Positions 1 through 9,326 of a stretch of 32,000 bases of DNA are shown piece by piece. Origin of the DNA: Balneolaceae bacterium (GTDB taxonomy: Bacteria > Bacteroidota > Rhodothermia > Balneolales > Balneolaceae); the NCBI GenBank assembly GCA_965249965.1, contig OZ252262.1, positions 3,044,682 to 3,076,681 of the forward strand, given 5' to 3'. Each line of letters opens with the position of its first letter. Position 1 is the stretch's first letter. A program made the position numbers and the translations under genes. The notes below the pieces were generated by a model. That model searched no databases. It was not told the origin of the DNA and saw only the letters and a program-made list of their open reading frames with translations.

Positions 1-27
1 TCTATATTTATTGCCACACGATAAGTT

Positions 28-3000
28 ATGAAGGCGAGCTTACTTAAATATAACTGGATTAAGAGTGGTATCCTGTTGATAATATTTTGGATGTCGCTTG
101 ATATTGCTGTAGCCCAGCTTCCCGGCTACACACAGCGATTAAAAGGGCATGTAAACTCATCTGAAGTATTCGGAACCTCTGATCTTTCAAATTTTCCTGT
201 TTTATTAAGTTTTACTACTCCTCGGTTACGCCATACTTCTTCTGGCGGTGATGTAGAAAATATTAATGGATATGATATTGTATTTACTACCGATGATGGC
301 TCTACTATCATGAGTCATCAAATAGAAGAATATCAACCTACCACTGGTGAAGTCGTATTTTGGGTTCGTTTCCCAACCCTTTCTCCAACTACGGATACCG
401 AGTTTTACTTGTATTTTGGCAATACTTCAATATCTACTGATCCATCAAGCACAAATGTGTGGGATTCAAATTACAAAATGGTGCTTCACTTGAATGAAAC
501 GGGAGCAGCCCCTCTTACAGTCTCAGATGCCGCAGGAGAAGGAACAGATGGGAGCGATAATGGCACCATTTCTGCGGCCGGTCAGGTTGGTGATGCTCGA
601 AACTTAAATGGAACCGGAGACCGAATAATTGTAGCCGATAATGGTGTCTCCCCTTTAGATATTTCTGGTAGTATCACTATATCTTTTTGGTTAAACATAT
701 CAAATCTTGGAAATGGTCCTGATATCTTAACAAAAGGTGATTATCTAAATGGCTACTCAATTTGGACTTCCGCAGCCGGAGCATTACAATTTCAGATTAA
801 TAATGACGCTTTAAGTACAGCTGGTGGGCAAATAGCTAACGGAACATGGAGTTACTTAAGTTTTACAAGAGCATCAAATGGGGATAGAACGATTTATGTA
901 GATGGTGCAGAAGTAGCCTCAGATAATTCAAACGAATCTTTTAACATCGACGATGAAGACTTATACCTCTCAACGGCTTCTTTTTGGCCAATGACGGGGT
1001 TATTCGACGAAGTTAGAATTTCAAATTCTACCCGTGATTCTGCTTGGATTGCAACCGAATACTCCAATCAAAATGCTCCAGGGCCTGGTTCTTTTATCGA
1101 TCAGGTAAATGCAGAACCAATTTTGGACAGCATCGAAGTAAGTACAATTACATACAATTCCGGCGACTCTCCCACTATCATTACAACAGATATTTCTACT
1201 TACGATGGAGATGACACAAATATTGAAAATGCTACAATTGAAATTACTGGCAATTATGACTCTTCGGAAGATGTACTCGCATTTTCCGATCAGCTAGGAA
1301 TTACCGGTAGCTGGGATACTATTAATGGAATTCTAACGCTAACAGGAACATCCAGCGTTGCAAATTATCAAACCGCATTACGAAGTATCACCTACGAAAA
1401 TACTGATCCTGCGCCGATTGAAAATACGCGAACCATTACTTTTACCATCAATGACGGAGACGATGACAGCAATACTCAAACCAGAAATATAAATGTTGTA
1501 AAGGTAAATATTGCACCGGTATTAAGTGATATTGAGACTTCTTCAATCGTTTATTTTGCCAGTTCTGGAGCCAAAACCATTACGAATAATATTCAACTAG
1601 TAGATGCTGATGACATCTTTATAGATAGTGCGTTTGTGGAAATTACAGCTGGGTATCTATCAACTGAAGACACTTTAATTTTTGCAGATCAAAATGGAAT
1701 AACAGGCTCATGGGATGATATAAATGGTAAACTCACATTAACCGGAGATACGTTAGTTGCCAATTATGAAACAGCACTTCGATCTATCACATACACAAAT
1801 TCGAATGCAACGCCATCTACAACTACGCGAACTATAAGTATTACAGCCAATGATGGTACTGAAGATGGAAATACTGTTACCAGAGACATTGAATTTCCCG
1901 ATTCAATAACAGAAATAGCTTCTTATAAAGGGGTAGGCGTTTTTCATTTTGATGCACAGGATGCAGATGGAGATGGCGATAGTGGAACTAATCAACCAGC
2001 AGATGGAGCTTTAACAACCTGGAGCGATCGCTCCGATGATGTTAGTGCCAGTACAACAGATCTTTCATTTAGTGCAAACAATGCTGCAGAAGAAGCGCTC
2101 TTAGATGACAATTATCTTGGAGACCGTAGTGCACTTTTATTTGATGGAATAGACGATTATTACGAACGTACAACAGATGATGCATTATTGAACTTAAATC
2201 CACCTTTTACCGAAAAGTCTTTTGCTATCGTTTTTAGAACCAGTGACGATATTACAACAACGCAAGTGATATACGAGCAAGGTGGTGGTACAAGAGGTTA
2301 TGTTTTTGGACTTGAAAGTGGTGTGCTTTATGCAACCCGGTTTGATAGAAATCTTGGTGGAACAGCAAATGATTACAGTAGCATTTCATTTTCTGGTTTA
2401 ACTGCAAATACCACCTATGTACTTATTGCCAGTCACGATGCTTCATCAGGCACTGATTGGAGTGCAAATTTAAATGGGAGTGCGATAACTACACTTACAA
2501 ATGCCCCAACTATGAACCAGCATACTGGAAATGCTTCTATTGGAGATTCTGACGGGAACATTAGACATATGAATGGCGATGATTCACAAATTACAAATGT
2601 ACCCTTCAATGGATACATAGCTGAATTTGTTTCCTGGAATAATGCACTCAACACTACCGATTTCACCAATATTTATGGTTTTTTAAGTGATAAATGGTTC
2701 AATACACCTTCTGTACTAGCTGATATCGAATTAAGCGCAGTATCATTTACCGAGGGAGATGCTGCAACAGCTATTACTTCAGCATTAACGGTAACAGATG
2801 CAGACGATACAAATTTGGATAGTGCCAAAGTAACCATCGCCGTTGGCTTCGATGCTACCGAAGATGTACTGGCTCTTCCTGCTCCTGTAGGTGGAATTAC
2901 AGGCTCTTACGATGCGATTTCAGGAATACTAACTCTTAGCGGAACCGAAACAGTTGCAAATTACCAAACAGCTCTTCGATCAGTAACCTACCAAAATACC

Positions 3001-6000
3001 GATGGAACCTCCCCTTCAACTACCACTCGACAGATTGATTTTGAAGTGTATGATTGGGACGATATAAGTAATTCGGTATCTCGAAATATCGAAATAACGC
3101 CATTAAACGCAGCTCCGGTTGTAGCTGCAATTGAAGGTACTACATTAGCATTTACTGAGGACGATGGCCCTACTGCTATAACATCAACTTTAACAGTATC
3201 CGATTCGGATGATGCAAATCTGGTTGGCGCTACAGTAGCATTCACTAACAACTATTTCTTAGGGGAAGATGAACTGGGTTTTACTACCCAAAATGGAATT
3301 ATTGGCTCATTTGATGCCCCCACGGGTGTATTAAGCTTGAGCGGAACCTCATCAGTTGCGAATTACCAAACAGCACTGAGAAGTGTCACATTTGAAAATG
3401 TCAGCTCAGATCCTGTAACTGGGTTAGATCGTGAAGTTACGTTTCGGGTTTTTGATGGAATAGACAGCAGTGGTGTACAATCTAGAGATGTTTCTGTAAC
3501 AAGTTTAAACACCGCACCCACCCTTGCAGCTATAGAAAGTTCAAGTTTGTTTTATTCTGCTGGTGATACTTCCATCGTTACAAGTTCAATTACATTAGTT
3601 GATCCTGACGATACCAATATTGAAACGGCAACAATACAAATTACATCTGGGTTTGATAGTGCGGAAGATTCCCTTTTATTTGACGATATTTTTGGAATTA
3701 CTGACGGCTGGAATGATACCAATGGTACACTCACCTTAACAGGACCAGCTTCAAAAGCAGATTTCGAATCTGCACTAAGAACCGTCACCTATCTAAATAC
3801 TGCAGGTACACCAACCGACACCCCACGTGATATTACAATCACTGCTAATGACGGCGACGACGATAGCAATACTCAAGTAAGAACAGTTTCTTTTAGTATT
3901 CCAAAATCAGTGTCGGGGCTTCTTGTGTGGCTAAAAGGAGATGCCGGTACTTACACAAATACCGGGTGTACAACCACAGCAACCGACACAGATCCGATTG
4001 GTTGCTGGGAAGATCAAAGTGGTAATGGCCATGATTTTATTTCCACTGGAGCTGCAAATCCAACCTTTGATGCTGTTTCAGGTTCAATTAATTCACAAGC
4101 AGCTATAGAATTTCCCGGCGGTGGATCGAACGTTCGATTAGAAGACGCAGACGCTGAAACCCAATATCTGGATGGATTAGCGGGATTAACGATCTTTTTT
4201 GTAATTGAATCGGATGTAACAGCCACAGATCGTGGTATTTGGGCATCTGAAACTCCCGGAGCATCTACTACAGATCAGTATTTCTCATTAAGATATGACG
4301 CCACAGGGACGAGCGGTGGAGCAAGTAATGTTATTACAGCTGGCTTACGAGATCAATCAGCATTTACGCTAGAAAGTTTTGCCGATGCTCAAACTACTTC
4401 TGGTCAAATCGTGATGTTAAAGTGGACGTCAGAGACTACCTACGAGATGTATATTGATGGAGTATTGAGTAATCCAACTTCAACGACTACCATACCTTCG
4501 GGAACACTCGACGCAGCAAACTTAACAACAGCAATTATCGGCCAAGGTCCACTTGACAACAATACCAGTTGGGACGGACTTATCGCTGAAGTAATTCTTT
4601 ATGATTCGGAAATATCATTAACAAATCAGGAAACTGTAGAAGATTATTTATCCAATAAATACGATATCCCGATTCGATCATTATCCCCTGCTACCGGAGG
4701 TGAAGAAATTTCTGCTGACGATGCAAATGTAACCTATACTACCCTTTCCGGCCCACGTGTACAGGAAAGTTTTGTTGGTGAGTTTTCAACAGGAACCTAT
4801 GTGTTTGAGGTACCAACAGGCTTTGAATGGGATACTGGCGGTGGGGCACCATCTGCTACTGTTTCGCCTGCCTTTGGTGGATCTACCGATTTAGCAATCT
4901 CTTTCACGAGTAGAACATCAACACAAATAACGTTTACTGTAACTGCGGCTTCTACCACAAATCCCGCGGAAATAACATTTTCGGATTTTAGAGTTCGCCC
5001 AACAACCGGGGTTTTGCCGAATTCAGGAAATATTACGAATGTGGGAACAACCGGACTGGGTGGTTCAACAGATTATGGAGAACTTACGATGGTTGCGGGA
5101 ACCCAAATCGCAATGGAGTTTTCTCAACAACCGGGAACTTCAAACGATGGATCAGCCGTATCACCATCTCCACGGGTTCAACTAATTGATCAATATGGAA
5201 ATTCGGTTGAAGAAAGTAGAGTCGACATTACTATGGCACTTAATGTTGTAAGTGGTACCGGGGTATTAAATGGAAGTTCTACTACTTTAGAAGAGACGAA
5301 TCTTTTTGGTTTAGCCGAATTTGATAATTTGGTAGTTGATAATACGGGCACAAATACATTTACGGCATCAAGTACCGGATTAACAGATACAACAAGTAAT
5401 GAATTTGATGTCGTAGTTCTTGGGCAGCTAACAGGATTTACTGTTGAAAGAGTACCATCTGGCAATATTTCAGATAAGTTAGCTGGACAATCATACAATA
5501 TTACCATTGTTGCCGTTGATGGTATTCAGGATACGGTAACCTCATTTACAGGTACGATTTCATTAACGTCAAATTGTACGATTGGAACAGGAGCCGGAAC
5601 TTCTCCATCATTTACAAGTGGTGTATTATCGTCACTTACAGTTAGTATTTCTAATACAGGAACCTGTTCGCTAACTGCTACAAATTCTTCTGGTTCTGAA
5701 GCTGGTACAAGTAATACATTTACTGTAACCCCTGGTGCAGCTTCCGAGCTAACTACCACTATTTCCGCAAGTCCAACCGTTATTTTCAACGATGGTTTTG
5801 CTACATCAACAATAACGGTTCAAACAAAAGATTCGGAAGGCAACAATCTTACAACGGGTGGCGAAACAGTGGGACTAAGCGTTACATCCGGTACGTTAGG
5901 CTCAGTGACAGATAATAGTGATGGCACCTATACCGCAACGCTTACCTCTTCCATTGTAGCTGGTGTTGCTACGGTAACAGGAACACTTAATGCCGTTGCC

Positions 6001-8097
6001 ATTACAGACGACGCGGATGTTGAATACGCTAATTTTAACACGCAATGGCAGTCTCAGGTTGGGTCGGTTTCTGATGCACGAAATTGGGATGATGCTACAA
6101 ATTGGAGCGCAGGTATTGTACCTATATCTACTGATAAAGTACTCATCCCAGCAACTCCTTCTGTTGGTAATGAACAACCTGTTGTGAACACCACAAATAC
6201 TACTATCGCGCAAATCTCATTAGAAAACTCTGCTACAGTTACGGTTTCAGGAGGTCTGAATTTTATAGTTACCGGTGAAGCTTCAGGCGAGGGTGAAATT
6301 TTAGGGTCAAACTCGGATACTTTGACGGTAGGTGGTAATGTTGACTTAGGGGATGCTTCAATTGGTTATGTGATATTGAATGGTTCCAGTAATCAAACAA
6401 TTACCTCGCCAAATACTTTTACTAATCTGGAAATTGATAATACTGGCGGTGCTGATTTTGCTAGCGATGTGATCGTTTCAGATTCACTTAAATTGGTAGA
6501 CGGAACTATGTTTCTGCCAAGTGGTTCAAATTTAATTGCCAATCAGAAATCTTACGGTTCAGGTGATATCAGAATGCAGCGTACGATTACAGGGGATATT
6601 GGTTGGAGATTAATCTCCTCCCCATTCAATACAACATTTGGTGATTTATTGGATGGCACAATTACTCAAGGTTATTCGGGTGCTTTTTATAGTACCGGTT
6701 CAAACCCCGGTGATACACTACAGCCCAATGTTTTGACTTATTTAGAAAGTTACGTGGGCACTGACAATCAACGATATCGGGCTCCTGCAAGTGCCGGAAC
6801 TTCTGTAGTTGAGGGGCAAGGAATGTTTGTATTTGTTTTTGATGATGTTGCCGGCGACTCACGATATTCTGACCCACTTCCAGACACACTTGATACTTCC
6901 GGACAAGAATGGGACGGTGATGGCACAGAAGTAGATTTTGGCATTACCTACACCACTGCCGCAGATTCTGGCTGGAATCTGGTTGGGAATCCTTTCGCTG
7001 CTACCATCGATTGGGATGATTCACCGAATTGGACCAAAACCAATGTGGAATCTACCATATACATTTGGGATCCTGCAGCGAATGGCGGAGATGGAGAATA
7101 TCTGACCTGGAATGGAGTGACTGGTACCTTACCGAATTCAGGGTTAATTGCGCCATTTCAGGGATTTTGGGTAAAAGCAAATGATGCCAGTCCGGTATTG
7201 AAGGTTAAAAAGGATGCGAAAACAACAGCCGGTACCTTCTTGCGAAAAGAGATCGCTGACGACAGTTCAGATAGCTTAAAAGCAAAAACTTCTATTGAAC
7301 CTCAGGAGACTTTAATACCGCAAATACAATTAGCCGTTGTTAGTGATAATGGACGTTCAAAACGAACCAATATAATTTTTACTAAAGAAGGCACTAATGG
7401 TAAGGATGAATTGGATGCGTTTAGATTATTGCCATTATCCAACTCCCATGTAGAGTTTCATTCTTTATTAAACAATGGCACAGAACTGGCAATCAATAAT
7501 CTACCGATAGATTTTAACTCAAGAAATTTCATTCCACTTCATTTTGATGCCTTTGAAGATGGAATTCCGGTATCCGGTTCATTTAAGATGCTTTGGGGAG
7601 ATTTCCGAGGTATTCCTGAGGATTGGATTGTAACCTTAATTGATAATGATACCGGTGAAGAAATCAACATGCTCGAAGAACTCAGTTATGAATTTAATCA
7701 TACCACAAGAGCAAAAATCCAACGAAATTTAAACCCACTTTCACCCAGCCATCAAATTAAAGCTAAAGCACTTACTCTTGATACTAGATTTACATTGAAA
7801 GTATCTACAGAACAAATCGAAAGAGATGTTCCGGAACAGATTTTCTTAAGTCAGAATTATCCTAATCCATTTAATCCATCTACTACCATTGAATTTGGAG
7901 TGAATGAGACATCAAATGTGGTATTGGAAATTTATGATATACTTGGCCGAAAAATCCAAACATTGATCAATGAGCAAAGAAATCCTGGGCGTTACCAAAC
8001 TCGGTTCGATGCCAAAGCTCTGGCGAGTGGGGTTTACTTTTATCGACTACAAGCAAACGGTGAAACATTTATTAAAAAGATGACCTTTATTAAATAG
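28..8097 (+). CDS. Giant (2689 aa) secreted multidomain surface/adhesin-like protein: signal peptide, DUF2341-like domain, three LamG/concanavalin-like modules, five cadherin-like repeats, Ig-like (Big) modules, T9SS C-terminal sorting domain
   Basis: Single 8070-nt ORF. The N-terminus MKASLLKYNWIKSGILLIIFWMSLDIAVAQ looks like a signal peptide. Three segments end in LamG-type motifs (FDEVRISNSTRDSAWIATEY; YIAEFVSWNNAL; LIAEVILYDSEISL). There is an invasin-like Big segment (TISASPTVIFNDGFATSTITVQTKDSEGN...DGTYTATLTS). The C-terminus NYPNPFNPSTTIEF...GVYFYRL is typical of T9SS Por-secretion tails. Confidence 0.85.
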   Translation: MKASLLKYNWIKSGILLIIFWMSLDIAVAQLPGYTQRLKGHVNSSEVFGTSDLSNFPVLLSFTTPRLRHTSSGGDVENINGYDIVFTTDDGSTIMSHQIEEYQPTTGEVVFWVRFPTLSPTTDTEFYLYFGNTSISTDPSSTNVWDSNYKMVLHLNETGAAPLTVSDAAGEGTDGSDNGTISAAGQVGDARNLNGTGDRIIVADNGVSPLDISGSITISFWLNISNLGNGPDILTKGDYLNGYSIWTSAAGALQFQINNDALSTAGGQIANGTWSYLSFTRASNGDRTIYVDGAEVASDNSNESFNIDDEDLYLSTASFWPMTGLFDEVRISNSTRDSAWIATEYSNQNAPGPGSFIDQVNAEPILDSIEVSTITYNSGDSPTIITTDISTYDGDDTNIENATIEITGNYDSSEDVLAFSDQLGITGSWDTINGILTLTGTSSVANYQTALRSITYENTDPAPIENTRTITFTINDGDDDSNTQTRNINVVKVNIAPVLSDIETSSIVYFASSGAKTITNNIQLVDADDIFIDSAFVEITAGYLSTEDTLIFADQNGITGSWDDINGKLTLTGDTLVANYETALRSITYTNSNATPSTTTRTISITANDGTEDGNTVTRDIEFPDSITEIASYKGVGVFHFDAQDADGDGDSGTNQPADGALTTWSDRSDDVSASTTDLSFSANNAAEEALLDDNYLGDRSALLFDGIDDYYERTTDDALLNLNPPFTEKSFAIVFRTSDDITTTQVIYEQGGGTRGYVFGLESGVLYATRFDRNLGGTANDYSSISFSGLTANTTYVLIASHDASSGTDWSANLNGSAITTLTNAPTMNQHTGNASIGDSDGNIRHMNGDDSQITNVPFNGYIAEFVSWNNALNTTDFTNIYGFLSDKWFNTPSVLADIELSAVSFTEGDAATAITSALTVTDADDTNLDSAKVTIAVGFDATEDVLALPAPVGGITGSYDAISGILTLSGTETVANYQTALRSVTYQNTDGTSPSTTTRQIDFEVYDWDDISNSVSRNIEITPLNAAPVVAAIEGTTLAFTEDDGPTAITSTLTVSDSDDANLVGATVAFTNNYFLGEDELGFTTQNGIIGSFDAPTGVLSLSGTSSVANYQTALRSVTFENVSSDPVTGLDREVTFRVFDGIDSSGVQSRDVSVTSLNTAPTLAAIESSSLFYSAGDTSIVTSSITLVDPDDTNIETATIQITSGFDSAEDSLLFDDIFGITDGWNDTNGTLTLTGPASKADFESALRTVTYLNTAGTPTDTPRDITITANDGDDDSNTQVRTVSFSIPKSVSGLLVWLKGDAGTYTNTGCTTTATDTDPIGCWEDQSGNGHDFISTGAANPTFDAVSGSINSQAAIEFPGGGSNVRLEDADAETQYLDGLAGLTIFFVIESDVTATDRGIWASETPGASTTDQYFSLRYDATGTSGGASNVITAGLRDQSAFTLESFADAQTTSGQIVMLKWTSETTYEMYIDGVLSNPTSTTTIPSGTLDAANLTTAIIGQGPLDNNTSWDGLIAEVILYDSEISLTNQETVEDYLSNKYDIPIRSLSPATGGEEISADDANVTYTTLSGPRVQESFVGEFSTGTYVFEVPTGFEWDTGGGAPSATVSPAFGGSTDLAISFTSRTSTQITFTVTAASTTNPAEITFSDFRVRPTTGVLPNSGNITNVGTTGLGGSTDYGELTMVAGTQIAMEFSQQPGTSNDGSAVSPSPRVQLIDQYGNSVEESRVDITMALNVVSGTGVLNGSSTTLEETNLFGLAEFDNLVVDNTGTNTFTASSTGLTDTTSNEFDVVVLGQLTGFTVERVPSGNISDKLAGQSYNITIVAVDGIQDTVTSFTGTISLTSNCTIGTGAGTSPSFTSGVLSSLTVSISNTGTCSLTATNSSGSEAGTSNTFTVTPGAASELTTTISASPTVIFNDGFATSTITVQTKDSEGNNLTTGGETVGLSVTSGTLGSVTDNSDGTYTATLTSSIVAGVATVTGTLNAVAITDDADVEYANFNTQWQSQVGSVSDARNWDDATNWSAGIVPISTDKVLIPATPSVGNEQPVVNTTNTTIAQISLENSATVTVSGGLNFIVTGEASGEGEILGSNSDTLTVGGNVDLGDASIGYVILNGSSNQTITSPNTFTNLEIDNTGGADFASDVIVSDSLKLVDGTMFLPSGSNLIANQKSYGSGDIRMQRTITGDIGWRLISSPFNTTFGDLLDGTITQGYSGAFYSTGSNPGDTLQPNVLTYLESYVGTDNQRYRAPASAGTSVVEGQGMFVFVFDDVAGDSRYSDPLPDTLDTSGQEWDGDGTEVDFGITYTTAADSGWNLVGNPFAATIDWDDSPNWTKTNVESTIYIWDPAANGGDGEYLTWNGVTGTLPNSGLIAPFQGFWVKANDASPVLKVKKDAKTTAGTFLRKEIADDSSDSLKAKTSIEPQETLIPQIQLAVVSDNGRSKRTNIIFTKEGTNGKDELDAFRLLPLSNSHVEFHSLLNNGTELAINNLPIDFNSRNFIPLHFDAFEDGIPVSGSFKMLWGDFRGIPEDWIVTLIDNDTGEEINMLEELSYEFNHTTRAKIQRNLNPLSPSHQIKAKALTLDTRFTLKVSTEQIERDVPEQIFLSQNYPNPFNPSTTIEFGVNETSNVVLEIYDILGRKIQTLINEQRNPGRYQTRFDAKALASGVYFYRLQANGETFIKKMTFIK
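127..435 (+). other. DUF2341-like N-terminal domain of the giant protein
   Basis: YTQRLKG...LSNFPVLL...INGYDIVFTTDDGS...SHQIEEY...GEVVFWVRFPTL...TEFYLYFGN matches my memory of the DUF2341 pattern (nfPvl, G.DirF.d.dg, yeie.w, wVkvp.l, iyYGn). No HMM was run. Confidence 0.5.
1108..1896 (+). repeat. Two tandem in-frame ~130-aa cadherin-like protein repeats (R1 1108-1506, R2 1507-1896)
   Basis: Both units share N-x-A-P-(I/V)L..IE, D.DD.(N/I)(I/F), EIT(G/A).Y.S.ED.L.F.DQ.GITGSWD.ING.LTLTG...VANY(Q/E)TALRSITY.N....P...TRTI....NDG..D.NT.TR.I. The DNA similarity is visible, for example gttgcaaattatcaaaccgcattacgaagtatcacctac at about 1359. Confidence 0.8.
2701..3897 (+). repeat. Three more tandem copies of the same ~130-aa repeat (R3 2701-3105, R4 3106-3507, R5 3508-3897)
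   Basis: Each copy carries ...ED.L......GI.GS(Y/F/W)D...G.L(T/S)L(S/T)G...VANYQTALRSVT(Y/F).N. The fifth copy has diverged (SKADFESALRTVTYLNT). This block is separated from R1-R2 by a LamG-type module. Confidence 0.8.
7840..8094 (+). other. T9SS (Por) C-terminal sorting domain
   Basis: IFLSQNYPNPFNPSTTIEFGV...VVLEIYDILGRKIQTL...GRYQTRFDAKALASGVYFYRLQANGETFIKKMTFIK matches the canonical Por_Secre_tail pattern at the extreme C-terminus. Confidence 0.85.
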
Positions 8098-8197
8098 AAG
8101 TGTAACACTAGCTTACTTCTGCCCTCCTATTTTAAAGCTATTTATCAAACCAATCCGTTTTGTCGATAATATCGTAAGCAGTATCAAACGATAAATT

Positions 8198-8698
8198 ATG
8201 GCAGGTTACACCGAACTTCTTCAAACAATGTTAGCGATGGTCATCGTATCACTTCTGGTGATAAACGCTAACCGAGCAATTTTCGTAAACAATGAATCTC
8301 TTGTCGAGGGTGAGTTAGAAAATCAGGTCATTGCAATTGCTCAGGATTTTATTGAAGAATCCAGATCAACAACCTTCGATCTTGCAACTGTTAATGGCGG
8401 TGTTCCGGTTAATATTCCTGAGGGATTTAGTAGCATTGGTCCCGGAGCCGGGGAAAATACACGTGCTGATTTTAATGATTTCGACGATTATGATGGCTGG
8501 GCTGAAACCATCACCACAAATAATGGAATTACTTACGAAGTAGAAATAGATGTTAGCTATTACAAAGATGGAGCTCCAACAAACGAGAAATCAACTTTAA
8601 AACAAATGACAGTGACAATTACTTCCGATGACTTGACGACTAATGGTACATCAAAAACCTATAACTTCAAGTACTTACGAAGTTTTTACGCGGACTAA
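8198..8698 (+). CDS. Pilin/pseudopilin-like protein, cassette A member 1 (166 aa; single N-terminal hydrophobic helix)
   Basis: An in-frame TAA lies immediately upstream of the ATG. The N-terminus MAGYTELLQTMLAMVIVSLLVINANRAIF resembles a shortened prepilin G/FTLIE leader plus helix. It is paralogous to ORF 10556-10975 (MSSYAEIFYLLGAMVVFSFLSLNTARSF; AIAQDFIEE versus AVAQDELDK). Confidence 0.5.
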   Translation: MAGYTELLQTMLAMVIVSLLVINANRAIFVNNESLVEGELENQVIAIAQDFIEESRSTTFDLATVNGGVPVNIPEGFSSIGPGAGENTRADFNDFDDYDGWAETITTNNGITYEVEIDVSYYKDGAPTNEKSTLKQMTVTITSDDLTTNGTSKTYNFKYLRSFYAD

Positions 8699-8700
8699 TT

Positions 8701-9315
8701 ATGGATTTAGGCATTGTAATGAGCTACATAGTAGCTGGAATTTTAATGATCATTATACTCACTATAGGATATAACGTGAATTATAGTGGCAAGGAATTAT
8801 CACTCCAGGAAAATCAAAAAACTAAAATTAGCGAAGTAATTGAGGTTATTAATTATGATTTTCCAAAAATTGGATACAACAACGATTCACTTCCAGATAC
8901 TCTCCTATTTAGGGCAGATGCAAACTCCATACAGTTCTATTCAAATATCGATAACAGTGCTGACGGTAGTTTAGAATTTGTAACCTGGAAGTTTACTAAT
9001 AGAAATGTAACTGGTACAGAAAATCCTGATGATCAATATTTAGTTCGAATTGTAGATGTTGATTCTACCGTGATATCAGCGGGAATTGTAAACTTCACAA
9101 TAAATTATTTCGATGAACTGGGCTCTAGTACCCCATTATCTGTTCCGATCAATGCTACTACCAATAAGTCATTGATCGATGACATTGTACAAATTGAAAT
9201 TATCCTGGAAAGTGAAAGTCCCTTTGGCCTCCAATACCGAAGTTCATCAGATAAAAACTATTTAGGCTCCTCATGGACAAAGCGATTTTCACCCTCAAAT
9301 TTGAATATAAACTAA
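8701..9315 (+). CDS. Pilin-like (PilW/GspJ-like) protein, cassette A member 2 (204 aa)
   Basis: Separated by 2 nt from the previous stop. It has an N-terminal hydrophobic helix (IVMSYIVAGILMIIILTIGY). VINYDFPKIGYN and the C-terminal WTKRFSPSNLNIN are shared with paralog 10975-11559 (VLDNDFNKIGFN; WKRIFVPNNINLPY). Confidence 0.45.
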   Translation: MDLGIVMSYIVAGILMIIILTIGYNVNYSGKELSLQENQKTKISEVIEVINYDFPKIGYNNDSLPDTLLFRADANSIQFYSNIDNSADGSLEFVTWKFTNRNVTGTENPDDQYLVRIVDVDSTVISAGIVNFTINYFDELGSSTPLSVPINATTNKSLIDDIVQIEIILESESPFGLQYRSSSDKNYLGSSWTKRFSPSNLNIN

Positions 9316-9326
9316 GAGAGTAGACT

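Noticed and set aside
1108-3897. Periodic ~400-nt repeats as a possible CRISPR array or satellite
   Set aside because: The repeats are in frame within a long ORF and diverge at the DNA level while keeping conserved amino-acid motifs. They have no short spacer/repeat structure, so they are protein-domain repeats.
126-6889. Small minus-strand and nested ORFs inside the giant adhesin gene (for example 126-311, 2433-2669, 2988-3251, 5190-5507, 5902-6213, 5990-6187, 6662-6889)
   Set aside because: All are embedded in a continuous 8-kb ORF with a coherent domain architecture. They have no independent start context or recognisable motifs.
8096-8120. Possible terminator hairpin just after the giant gene (agaagt...acttct)
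   Set aside because: It has only a 6-bp stem with a 13-nt loop and no following T tract, which is too weak to call.
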